DNA of 64,000 bases from an uncultured Calditrichaceae bacterium. Its GTDB lineage: Bacteria; Calditrichota; Calditrichia; RBG-13-44-9; J075. The stretch is from contig CAYQGB010000001.1 in the NCBI GenBank assembly GCA_964416895.1, positions 7,065 through 71,064 on the forward strand, in the 5' to 3' direction. Both the position numbers and the translations under genes were made by a program. Positions within the stretch are counted from its first letter, which is position 1; every line of letters starts with the position of its first letter. The notes beneath the pieces were generated by a model. That model ran no database searches. It was not told the DNA's origin and was given only the letters and a program-made list of their open reading frames with translations. This document shows, piece after piece, positions 8,438-17,175 of this stretch.

Positions 8438-9739
8438 ATGACAGAGATGCGGGCAATACAACGAGGCTGGTGGATGGTGCTGATGGTGCTGCTGGTGGGC
8501 ATTCCCCTTCTGGCCGAGAATCTTACCGAGAAGCTCAATCGTCGGGTCTCGCCCAATTTTGTGAACGCCTCCATTCGGGACATCCTGCGCGCCTTTGCCC
8601 GACAGTATGATCTGAACATCGTCATCGGAAAAGACGTTACCGGAACCGTCACCCTGCAATTGAAGAACGTCACCCTGCAGGATGCCCTGGATGTGCTCCT
8701 GAAATCCCAGGGGTATCGGTACATCGTGGATAACGAGGTCATCCTGGTGAAAGGTCCCACCAGCATCGCCAGCGACGAGTTGTCCACCCGGGTGATCAGG
8801 TTGGTGTATCTGGACGGGTATCAACTGCAAAAAACCCTGCAGCCGCTTCTGTCCGAGCGAGGGCAGATCGAGGCGCTGGTACTGGAAAAAGGAGACGGCG
8901 ATTCCGAACCCCGCTCCGATGCCCTGGTGGTCACCGATCTGCGGGAGAACGTGGAGAATATTGTGGCAGTGGTGAATCAATTAGACGTGCCCAGCCCCCA
9001 GCTCCAGATCGAAGTGCGCCTGGTGGAAACGGTGCTGGATGATGAAAAACGGGTGGGGCTGAAACTCCCCACTTCCATTCAGGTTTCGGCCACCGGGGCG
9101 GAGCAAAGTAAGGATGAAACCTCTTCGGAATCCTCCATCAGTCAGGGCAATCCCCTGGCGGCGACTTATGAACCGCCGGATCCCAACAGCCGGATTAATC
9201 TGGGCATACTCACGCTATCGGAGCTACAGGCGGCCCTGGAAGCGCTGGATAAGGATCAGAATTCCCGGCTGATTTCCAGCCCCCGGGTAACCACCCTGAA
9301 CAACCGCCGGGCTTTGATCAAAATCGGCACCGTGGTGCCGGTGCAGGAAATTTCCCGGGGAGTGGGCGGAGACCTGATCTCCTTCCGGGAAAAAGAGGTG
9401 AACCTCAATCTGGAAGTGATTCCCCGCATTAACCGGGACAGGCAGATTACCCTCACGGTGCATCCCATTCTGGAAGAGATCATCGGGTTCACCGGCCCAC
9501 CGGATGCCCCCCAACCGATCACCTCCAAGCGAGAAGTGGAAACCACCGTCACCGTGCAGGATGGGGAGACCGTGGTCATCGGAGGACTGATCAAAGAGAC
9601 CGAGAACAAGACGGTGGAAAAAGTATGGCTGTTAGGCGACATTCCCCTCCTGGGCTATCTGTTCCGCCACACCACCACCAAAAAGCAAAAAACCGATTTG
9701 CTGATTTTCATTACTCCCAAGATCATAACTCAGGAGTAA
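8438..9739 (+). CDS. Secretin (PilQ/GspD family), short form of about 433 aa
   Basis: N0-like domain (VNASIRDILRAFARQYDLNIVIGKDVTGTVTLQLKNVTLQDALDVLL). C-terminal secretin domain (VTTLNNRRALIKIG...VIGGLIKETENKTVEKVWLLGDIPLLGYLFRHTTTKKQKTDLLIFITPKII). GGAG RBS present. No AMIN-like N-terminal extensions are evident. Confidence 0.85.
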   Translation: MTEMRAIQRGWWMVLMVLLVGIPLLAENLTEKLNRRVSPNFVNASIRDILRAFARQYDLNIVIGKDVTGTVTLQLKNVTLQDALDVLLKSQGYRYIVDNEVILVKGPTSIASDELSTRVIRLVYLDGYQLQKTLQPLLSERGQIEALVLEKGDGDSEPRSDALVVTDLRENVENIVAVVNQLDVPSPQLQIEVRLVETVLDDEKRVGLKLPTSIQVSATGAEQSKDETSSESSISQGNPLAATYEPPDPNSRINLGILTLSELQAALEALDKDQNSRLISSPRVTTLNNRRALIKIGTVVPVQEISRGVGGDLISFREKEVNLNLEVIPRINRDRQITLTVHPILEEIIGFTGPPDAPQPITSKREVETTVTVQDGETVVIGGLIKETENKTVEKVWLLGDIPLLGYLFRHTTTKKQKTDLLIFITPKIITQE

Positions 9740-9746
9740 ACGGATC

Positions 9747-10772
9747 ATGAAAACATTGTCCGAGATTCTCCACTTCGCCATACAGAACAACGCCTCCGAT
9801 GTGCACCTGAGCAGCGGCATGTATCCCATGCTCCGGGTGCTGGGGAAGATCAAGAGCGTGACCGACGAGCCGATTCCTCACCGGCAACTGGAACAGATGC
9901 TCAGGGAGATTCTGGATGAGGAGCAGCGGCAAAAGTTCGAGAACCGGGAAGATATCGACTTTTCCTTCACCATGCCGGGAGTGGCCCGGGTGCGGGTGAA
10001 CATCTTCCATCACTTTGAAGGGATCAGCGCGGCCTTTCGGGTACTTCCCTCTCGAATTCGGTCCCTGGAAGAACTGCACATGCCTCCGGTGCTCAAAGAA
10101 TTGTGCAAGCGCAAGAAAGGGATGATTCTGGTCACCGGCCCCACCGGCAGCGGAAAGTCCTCCACTCTGGCCGCCATGATCCATCAGATCAACATGACCC
10201 GCAGCGAGCACATCATCACCATCGAAGACCCCATCGAATACGTGCACGCTTCCAAATACAGCATCATTCATCAGCGGGAGGTGGGTACCCACACCCGGGG
10301 GTTCGCCGAAAGTCTGCGCAGCGCCCTGCGGGAAGATCCGGACATCATTTTAGTGGGAGAGATGCGGGATCTGGAAACCATCTCCCAGGCCCTGACCGCC
10401 GCCGAAACCGGGCATCTGGTGCTCTCCACCCTGCACACCAATTCCGCCCCGGAAACCATCGACCGGATTGTGGATGCATTTCCCGGAGAGCAGCAGACCC
10501 AGATCCGGGTACTGCTGGCCAACGTGCTGGTGGCGGTGATCTCCCAGCGGCTGATCCCCATGCAGTTCAAACAGGATCGCATCGCCCTGATGGAGATTCT
10601 GATCGGATCCAAAGCGGTGGGGAATCTCATCCGGGAGGGAAAATCCCATCAATTGAGCACGGTGATGCAGACCGGCAGCGAATTTGGCATGCAAACGTTT
10701 GAGCAGCACTTCAAGAAGCTGGTGCAGCAGAACCTGGTGTCGCCCAATCTGAATCTGGGGGATTATCTATAA
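9747..10772 (+). CDS. pilT: Twitching-motility / pilus retraction ATPase (PilT family)
   Basis: 341 aa. Walker A GPTGSGKSST. The motifs LVLSTLHTN and GNLIREGK are PilT/PilU signatures. AGGAG RBS present. Confidence 0.85.
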   Translation: MKTLSEILHFAIQNNASDVHLSSGMYPMLRVLGKIKSVTDEPIPHRQLEQMLREILDEEQRQKFENREDIDFSFTMPGVARVRVNIFHHFEGISAAFRVLPSRIRSLEELHMPPVLKELCKRKKGMILVTGPTGSGKSSTLAAMIHQINMTRSEHIITIEDPIEYVHASKYSIIHQREVGTHTRGFAESLRSALREDPDIILVGEMRDLETISQALTAAETGHLVLSTLHTNSAPETIDRIVDAFPGEQQTQIRVLLANVLVAVISQRLIPMQFKQDRIALMEILIGSKAVGNLIREGKSHQLSTVMQTGSEFGMQTFEQHFKKLVQQNLVSPNLNLGDYL

Positions 10773-10836
10773 GCGATTTGATTGTGTACCATTTTTCAGG
10801 AAAGTGTCACATTCGTTCTCGTTACCAAACTTCTAC

Positions 10837-11078
10837 GGTGACATATGTCACCACAGCTGTCTCGTTGCTATCCCGACCGGTCGGGATAGCAACGGGGTAA
10901 GGCTCGAAACTGAGTTTCGACTATTATTGCGTTCCAAAACAGAGTTTTGGAACGAGAATAGTCCCGGATATCATCCTATAGTGACATATGTCACTATCTC
11001 TGTTTGGTTTGGTATTGAAACAGGAGTTTCAACCATTATTGCGTTCCCATCCCGCCGGGCGGGATGGGAACGAGATGA
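10837..11078. repeat. Palindrome-rich intergenic module: two tandem ~145 bp units, each with a GTGACATATGTCAC palindrome, a CGTTGC(T/C)ATCCCG...CGGGAT(A/G)G(C/G)AACG hairpin, a TCGAAAC/GTTTCGA-type hairpin and an ATTATTGCGTTCC box
   Basis: Read from the sequence. Perfect inverted repeats at 10837-10852, 10864-10893, 10904-10920, 10931-10953, 10980-10995, 11022-11039 and 11050-11078. They lie between the convergent pilT and anSME genes. Confidence 0.7.
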
Positions 11079-11134
11079 CCGACTTACTGAGTTTTGCAAA
11101 CCAGTTTCTTTTGAGTATAAAAATCAGAGATGAA

Positions 11135-12475
11135 TTATCGCCCACAGCACTTTTTGAATTTTCTCCCACTGCCACAGGGGCAGGGATCGTTCCGGCCCAC
11201 CCGTACCGAGGAAAAACCGCGATCTTTTTCTCCGGCCCAGATCATCACTCCGACTGCCGACCGCCCGGCCCGTAGTTCACGGGCCATAAACCGCATGTAC
11301 GGATCAATGTGCTTGAAAAATTTTTTATAACCGGCACAGAGGTAATTCAATCCCTCTTCCCCGTCCGGGGTTTTCAAGAAGCGGTGCTTGGGGCACTCGC
11401 CGTTGCAGGCAAAACGCACCTCGCAATTCCGGCAATATTGAGGTAGGGCATCCTTTTTATCCCGGCCAAATTTCTGCTGCTGAGGCGAATCTACCAGAGC
11501 GGCCAGCGGTTGCTCCAGAATGTTCCCCAGTCGATTCTCCGGATACACATAGTGATCGCAGGAGTAGAGGTCGCCGTTGTGCTCCAGCGCCAGAGCACGA
11601 CCGCAGGTTTCCCGGAACACACACAATCCCTGGGGTTTTCCCAGCCAGCTTTCCAGGCTCACCTCAAACAGGTTCACCACTACCTCCCCCACATCCCGGC
11701 GCACCCACTCATCGAAAATGGTGACAAGAAAATCGCCCCACTGCTCCGGTTCTACCGACCACTCGGCAACCTCGCACTCCCCGGGGGTATCCGGCTTTAC
11801 CAGGTGCAACTGATTCGGCAAGCCCCTTCTGGCCACCCGCTCCACCAGAGGAATAAACTGAATAAATCCGCTGCCAATCTCTTTGAGAAACCGATACACC
11901 TCCAGTGGATAGCGAGAATTTTCCCGATGCACCACGGTTAACGTGTTGAACTCTACCCGATGCCTTTTGAGTACCTCCAGACCGCGCATCACCTGATCGA
12001 AAGTCGGGCGTCCCCCCTTGTTCACCCGATAGCGATCATGCAACTCCCGGGGGCCGTCAATGGACAGCCCCACCAGGAATTTCTCCCGGGCCAGAAATTC
12101 GCCCCATTCGTCATTCAACAGGATGCCGTTGGTTTGCAAGGTATTTTCATACCGACGCCCATTTGCATATTTTTTCTGAAGCGCCACCACTTTGCGAAAA
12201 AAGTCCACTCCCAGCAAGGTAGGCTCGCCTCCCTGCCAGCCGAACACTTCCACCGCGGCGGTGCCGGATTCCATCTTTTGCCGGATGAAAGATTCCAGCA
12301 CCGCTTCGGACATCGCCCACTCGGTTTGCTCCGGATAGAGTTTCTCTTTTTCCAGATAGAAACAGTACCGGCAATCCAGATTGCAAATCGGCCCGGTGGG
12401 TTTGATCATCACATGAAAGGGCCTGGTGCGCAAGGGATTGGTCAAATTATCCATTGGCTCATCATGTTTAAGCAA
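11135..12475 (-). CDS. Anaerobic sulfatase-maturating enzyme (radical SAM / SPASM) with C-terminal SEC-C-like metal-binding motif
   Basis: CNLDCRYC radical SAM cluster motif. Cys-rich SPASM region (CVFRETCGRALALEHNGDLYSCDHYV, CRNCEVRFACNGECPKHRF). C-terminal NDPCPCGSGRKFKKCCGR. The start is TTG 12475 or ATG 12454. Confidence 0.85.
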   Translation of the reverse strand: MLKHDEPMDNLTNPLRTRPFHVMIKPTGPICNLDCRYCFYLEKEKLYPEQTEWAMSEAVLESFIRQKMESGTAAVEVFGWQGGEPTLLGVDFFRKVVALQKKYANGRRYENTLQTNGILLNDEWGEFLAREKFLVGLSIDGPRELHDRYRVNKGGRPTFDQVMRGLEVLKRHRVEFNTLTVVHRENSRYPLEVYRFLKEIGSGFIQFIPLVERVARRGLPNQLHLVKPDTPGECEVAEWSVEPEQWGDFLVTIFDEWVRRDVGEVVVNLFEVSLESWLGKPQGLCVFRETCGRALALEHNGDLYSCDHYVYPENRLGNILEQPLAALVDSPQQQKFGRDKKDALPQYCRNCEVRFACNGECPKHRFLKTPDGEEGLNYLCAGYKKFFKHIDPYMRFMARELRAGRSAVGVMIWAGEKDRGFSSVRVGRNDPCPCGSGRKFKKCCGR

Positions 12476-13634
12476 TCAACTCCCGGAAAACGGGGTAAAT
12501 TTCCGGCACCGCTTCGTATCCAATACCCGGCGCCTCCGGCAAGGTAATCTGACTGTTTTCCAGGACCATTCCTTCGGCAAACAGTCCAAAGGGTAAAAAC
12601 ACTTCCGGATAGGCTTCGTTGCCGTGCAATTGCAGACCGGCAGCCAGGTGCACCCCGAATAAATGGCCGCCGTGGGGAATGCACCGGCGTGGTGACCAGC
12701 CGTAGTCCTGTAACATGTCCAGAATGCGTAAATATTCCACCAATCCGTAACTGAGTGCGGGATCCATTTGCAGGTAGTCCCGCCGGGGATTCAGGCCGCC
12801 ATAGCGCATCAGGTTGCGAGAATCGCTCAGGGAGAACAGATTTTCCCCGGTGGCAATGGGAACCGGGGATGCCTGGGCCACCGCCGCATGCAGGAGATAA
12901 TCCAGGGGATCGACCGGCTCCTCATACCACCTTACCCGATACGGTGCCAGTGCTTCCGCATATTTCAACGCGGTGGGTAAATCAAACCGACCGTTGGCAT
13001 CCACCATCAGCGCTTCCCCTTCACCGACCACTTCCAGCGCCGCTTCGATGCGGGTCAAGTCTTCCTCCAGCGGTGCGCCGCCGATCTTCATCTTGCATAC
13101 GGTGAACCCCATATCCAGATAACGTTGAAATTCTTCCTGCAAGGCCCGGATATCTTTTCCGGGATAGTAATAGCCTCCGGCGGCATACACAAATACTTTT
13201 GGGTCAAACCGCCCGTGGTTGTACCGTTCCGCCAGCAGGCGATATAGCGGCTTATCCTCGATTTTGGCCACCAGATCCCACAGGGCCATGTCAATGGTGC
13301 CCACCGCCACGCTGCGATCCCCATGCCCTCCGGGCTTTTCGTTGCGCATCATCACCCGCCAGCACTTGAAAGGATCGAAATTGGCGCCGTCGTCGGTGGT
13401 CAACTCCGCTTCCGAAGCGGCCAGCAAACGCGGGATGATGCGCTCCCGGAGAATGCCTCCCTGGGCATAGCGACCGTTGGAATTGAAACCAAAACCGATC
13501 ACCGGTTTGCCGTTTCGCACCACATCACTCACCACCGCCACCACCGAGACGGTCATCTGGGAAAAGTCGATGACCGCATTGCGAATCTGAGAAGCGATGG
13601 GCACGGTTTTTTCATAAATGGCAGCAATTTTCAT
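12468..13634 (-). CDS. Enolase-superfamily enzyme (mandelate racemase / muconate lactonizing family; probable acid-sugar dehydratase)
   Basis: TIDMALWDLVAKIEDKPLYRLL capping/barrel signature. KMKIGG and DANGRF (metal ligand) motifs. GAAGGGGAG lies 6 nt upstream of ATG 13634. The ORF track start at 13697 looks like an N-terminal overextension. Confidence 0.75.
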   Translation of the reverse strand: MKIAAIYEKTVPIASQIRNAVIDFSQMTVSVVAVVSDVVRNGKPVIGFGFNSNGRYAQGGILRERIIPRLLAASEAELTTDDGANFDPFKCWRVMMRNEKPGGHGDRSVAVGTIDMALWDLVAKIEDKPLYRLLAERYNHGRFDPKVFVYAAGGYYYPGKDIRALQEEFQRYLDMGFTVCKMKIGGAPLEEDLTRIEAALEVVGEGEALMVDANGRFDLPTALKYAEALAPYRVRWYEEPVDPLDYLLHAAVAQASPVPIATGENLFSLSDSRNLMRYGGLNPRRDYLQMDPALSYGLVEYLRILDMLQDYGWSPRRCIPHGGHLFGVHLAAGLQLHGNEAYPEVFLPFGLFAEGMVLENSQITLPEAPGIGYEAVPEIYPVFRELIA

Positions 13635-13647
13635 GGTTAGCTCCCCT

Positions 13648-15090
13648 TCAATCGTGCACATACACGGCCTTTGGCCGGGTAAAAAACTCCAGCCCATACC
13701 TCCCCGCTTCGGGCCAGCCCCGGCCGGAATCTTTCCATCCTGAAAGCGGCAATGCCGGATCTCGATAACCGGTGGGCAAATTCAGGTGACAGAGACCGGC
13801 CTCAATTCGGTGCACCAGCCCTTCGGCCCTGGCCTTATCCCGGGTGTAAATGGAAACCGATAACCCGTACGGCGAACTATTCGTCAATTGCAGAATCTCG
13901 TCGGGGGTGTCGGCGGGCATGACCACCAGCACCGGACCGAAAATTTCCTCCCGAGACGCATGCATCCTTGCGGTCACATCCGCCAGGATGGTGGGTTCAT
14001 AAAAATAACCCCGGTCATATTGGGAGCCTTGAGGGCGTTTGCCGCCGACCAGCACCCGCGCCCCTTCCTGAACAGCCCGATTCACCGCCTGCTCAACCTT
14101 CTCCCGCCGGTGTTGAGAGATCAGCGGCCCCATGATCACTCCGGCATCCATCCCGTTTCCCACCACAATCCGGCGCACTCGACCCACCAGCATTTCCAGC
14201 ACCGGATGGTACACTTGCCGCTGTACAATCACCCGTCCGGTGCCGGTGCACCACTGACCGCAGCAGGCAAATCCGTTACTTACCGCAGCATCGACCGCCG
14301 CTTCCAGATCGGCATCTTCCAGAATAATCAGAGCATTGGAGCCGCCCATCTCTCCCTGAAAACGCACATCGCGGGCACCGAGAGAGGATGCCAGTTCCAA
14401 TCCGATCCGGGTAGAGCCGGTGAAGGATATGGCACCCACCGCGGGATGTTGGGCAATGGGGGGGCCGACCTCCGGGCCTTCTCCCAGCACCAGGTTCACC
14501 ACTCCCGGTGGAAATTCTAACTCTTCCATCAGGCCGACCAGCATGGCGGCGGTCAGGGAGGTAAATTCCGAGGGCTTCAGCACTACCGTGTTGCCGGCCA
14601 TCAGGGCGGGAACCATTTTGCGCAGCACCGTCGCCAGCGGGAAATTCCAGGGCGTAAACAAAGCAGCCACTCCCAGCGGTTCGTGCTGCACCCGGTGAGA
14701 CCCGTGGGGTTCGATCAGGTGGTCGGCGACATACGCCAGTTGAAAGTGCGCCTCCTTGAGCGAGGCCTCCACTTCGCCCAGCGACTCCGACAGGGTTTTG
14801 CCGTTTTCCCGGGTAATGATTCGGGCAAACGTTTCCCTGTGCAGGCGGATTTGCTGCAGAAGCCTCTCAAGGCGTTCCCGGCGTTTTTCAGAGGGAGTAA
14901 ACCGCCAGGCCATGCAGGCCTTCCGGGCGGCTTGCACGGCTATTTCAGCCAACGCCGCATCGGCAAAGACCACCCGCCCGACCACTTCATTCACATTCGC
15001 CGGATTGGGGATTTCCCTTACCCCGGCTCCATCCGGCGCCTGCCAGCCGCCGTTGAGGTAACTTTTTGCCACCTGCTCATTCAAACCCAA
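13648..15090 (-). CDS. NAD(P)+-dependent aldehyde dehydrogenase (ALDH family; e.g. 2-ketoglutarate-semialdehyde-type)
   Basis: ALDH motifs FTGSTRIG and EMGGSNALIILEDADLE with the catalytic Cys in GQWCTGTGRVIV. About 480 aa. Confidence 0.8.
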   Translation of the reverse strand: MGLNEQVAKSYLNGGWQAPDGAGVREIPNPANVNEVVGRVVFADAALAEIAVQAARKACMAWRFTPSEKRRERLERLLQQIRLHRETFARIITRENGKTLSESLGEVEASLKEAHFQLAYVADHLIEPHGSHRVQHEPLGVAALFTPWNFPLATVLRKMVPALMAGNTVVLKPSEFTSLTAAMLVGLMEELEFPPGVVNLVLGEGPEVGPPIAQHPAVGAISFTGSTRIGLELASSLGARDVRFQGEMGGSNALIILEDADLEAAVDAAVSNGFACCGQWCTGTGRVIVQRQVYHPVLEMLVGRVRRIVVGNGMDAGVIMGPLISQHRREKVEQAVNRAVQEGARVLVGGKRPQGSQYDRGYFYEPTILADVTARMHASREEIFGPVLVVMPADTPDEILQLTNSSPYGLSVSIYTRDKARAEGLVHRIEAGLCHLNLPTGYRDPALPLSGWKDSGRGWPEAGRYGLEFFTRPKAVYVHD

Positions 15091-15260
15091 TCTCCACCGC
15101 CTCCAGAATCGGTGAGTTCACGCCGTTGAAGGTATCCGTCGCCGAAAGATCCGTCCCGGAAATCGGCAAAGCCGCTTTTTCGCCAGACCTGAGTTTGGGT
15201 AAAAACCCTACAGGGAACCAGGCTGAGGGGGAAAAATGTCATAAAATGAGTCTCCTGCTG

Positions 15261-16928
15261 TCAGTGAAAGATGGTTTCCAGATTCGATTCATGAGCGACT
15301 GGTGTGGTTTCTGGCTCCACACGAAAAGCATAGAGGTAGCCTCCCGGCATCACCTGGAATCTTAACCGGAAACCGTGCTGCAAAACTTTATCGAGATCGG
15401 GCACATTTCGAAAGAGCCGATGACGAAGCGAATCCCCGCGAATGCTTTGTTGGCCAATGGGGCGGCCATTGGGATCCAGCAAAGTCACGTTGATCGGCCC
15501 TACCCCATTCAGGGTGAGCTTCTGGTTTTCTTTTGTCCGCAGCAGTCGGGTAGTCAATGTACCGGTGTCCACCGACACAAAGCCATCCAATCGCAGCCGT
15601 GCCCGGAAAATGCCCCCGCCGCTCATCATGCGCTCCGGAGGATGATTTTTTCCCCATGAGGAGCAGCCATAATAAAAAATTAGCTCATCCCCAATTCGCA
15701 AAGGGGGATTGCTAAATTCGGTTAAATACCCGCCATCGTTTTGTCCGTTATGGCCCCCTTCCTTGCCATTGGCAATAAAAATCCCGTGATAACCATCTTC
15801 ATTGGGATAATCGACTTTTTGCCAGTGGAGACCGTCGCGGCTTACAATGAGACGTAAGAATGCACACCCTGCTGCCGACCAGGGATAATCCCCTTTCTGA
15901 TGATATACCTTCAAACCGCCCAACCAAAGCGACTCGTAGCGCCAACCGGTGGAGCCATAATATTCGTCAAAACGTGTTTCCGATGACGTGTCCTTTAGAG
16001 GGGGAATCAAATCCACATGGGTGATCTGCTCGATATCGAAAGGCTGATCCAGGGGATGATTAAAGAAAGCATAGGCCCGGCTCCGCACCCGGTTACCGGA
16101 AGGCAATGGCTCTGCACTGTAAAATTTGAAGATACCTAAAAACCGCTCTCCCACCGGATCATAGGAAAAAATGGTCACATCCTGGGGGCCAACCAGGGTA
16201 TAGCCAGGATAGCGAAACCTCCGGTAAGTGGGATCGGTTTTGCCACCGTAAGCATTCACCACCAGAGGTCCCCTTTCCCAGTGGATACCATCGGGAGAGC
16301 GAAGAAAATATTGCCCTTCCCGATCGTCCCCCCAGTTGGAAAAATGTTGCCATCCTTTATACGGGTAAAGGGAGTCGTTCTGATCATAAAAGTAAGACCC
16401 AACGTCAATATTGGTGGCATAAGTCCCGCTCACAGGGTCAAACAAATCCCGTCGGGATCGGGGAAAAACCCACTGGGGCTGCCCGTTATCCCCTTTTGTC
16501 CAGTGCAAACCATCCTCAGAGGTGAAGCGATACACCCGATAATATTTCCAGCGATTTTCTCTGGTATCCTGACTTTTTCCGTGAACGGAATATCCCAGGG
16601 CAAACATCACGTATTTCTGTAAGCGGGGATCATAAAGGATCGTGCCATTGGCTTCCAGTGTAGCGGCGTAGGGTTTAAACTCATCTTCCAGGGCAATAAC
16701 GGGAAAACGCCCACCGTTTTCCTTAATTGGTTGGTGAAGTGTACGGTGCACATTTCGGGCACTCTCAATTAAAAAATCATCAATAAACAACTGCACCTGC
16801 CCGGTTTCAATAAAGTATGCATCGGAACCATGGCATCCCTGGAAAATGGATAACATCCCGCAAACCCAAAAGACAAACCCTGTATTCTTCAAAAAGGATA
16901 AAGCCCGTGCTATCATTCCCGGAACCAC
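15261..16928 (-). CDS. Secreted beta-propeller glycoside-hydrolase-like protein (recurrent DG-HW motifs; GH43/GH130-like superfamily), paralog 1
   Basis: Signal-like N-terminus. Repeated SxDG(L/I)HW blade motifs (SEDGLHW, SPDGIHW, SRDGLHW). It resembles the 20050-22548 and 29125-31110 products. Confidence 0.45.
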   Translation of the reverse strand: MVPGMIARALSFLKNTGFVFWVCGMLSIFQGCHGSDAYFIETGQVQLFIDDFLIESARNVHRTLHQPIKENGGRFPVIALEDEFKPYAATLEANGTILYDPRLQKYVMFALGYSVHGKSQDTRENRWKYYRVYRFTSEDGLHWTKGDNGQPQWVFPRSRRDLFDPVSGTYATNIDVGSYFYDQNDSLYPYKGWQHFSNWGDDREGQYFLRSPDGIHWERGPLVVNAYGGKTDPTYRRFRYPGYTLVGPQDVTIFSYDPVGERFLGIFKFYSAEPLPSGNRVRSRAYAFFNHPLDQPFDIEQITHVDLIPPLKDTSSETRFDEYYGSTGWRYESLWLGGLKVYHQKGDYPWSAAGCAFLRLIVSRDGLHWQKVDYPNEDGYHGIFIANGKEGGHNGQNDGGYLTEFSNPPLRIGDELIFYYGCSSWGKNHPPERMMSGGGIFRARLRLDGFVSVDTGTLTTRLLRTKENQKLTLNGVGPINVTLLDPNGRPIGQQSIRGDSLRHRLFRNVPDLDKVLQHGFRLRFQVMPGGYLYAFRVEPETTPVAHESNLETIFH

Positions 16929-17175
16929 CCGTTGTGTTAAGGATCAATCATTCCCGGCACCCGGAACAACGATGATATTTTCGATTTCTCCCAGACCCTG
17001 TATGGCTACCCTGACTACATCTCCATTGTGAGATATCAGGTCCGGCTGCACCACCAGCAGCAAAACAAACAAATAAACTCCTGCGCGCCAACAATTCACC
17101 ATTACGGGTCACCTTTTTCATTAAAACCGTGATCTCACCATCATAAACATAATGCCCCCCAATCCTATATTACCA

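Noticed and set aside
10103-10702. 199-aa alternate-frame ORF inside pilT
   Set aside because: His/Arg/Pro-rich composition. It lies entirely inside the well-supported PilT frame.
10837-11078. Possible CRISPR array, given GTTTC...GAAAC-containing palindromes
   Set aside because: There is no regular repeat-spacer periodicity. The units are inverted repeats with different sequences, and only two larger units exist. No cas genes are nearby.
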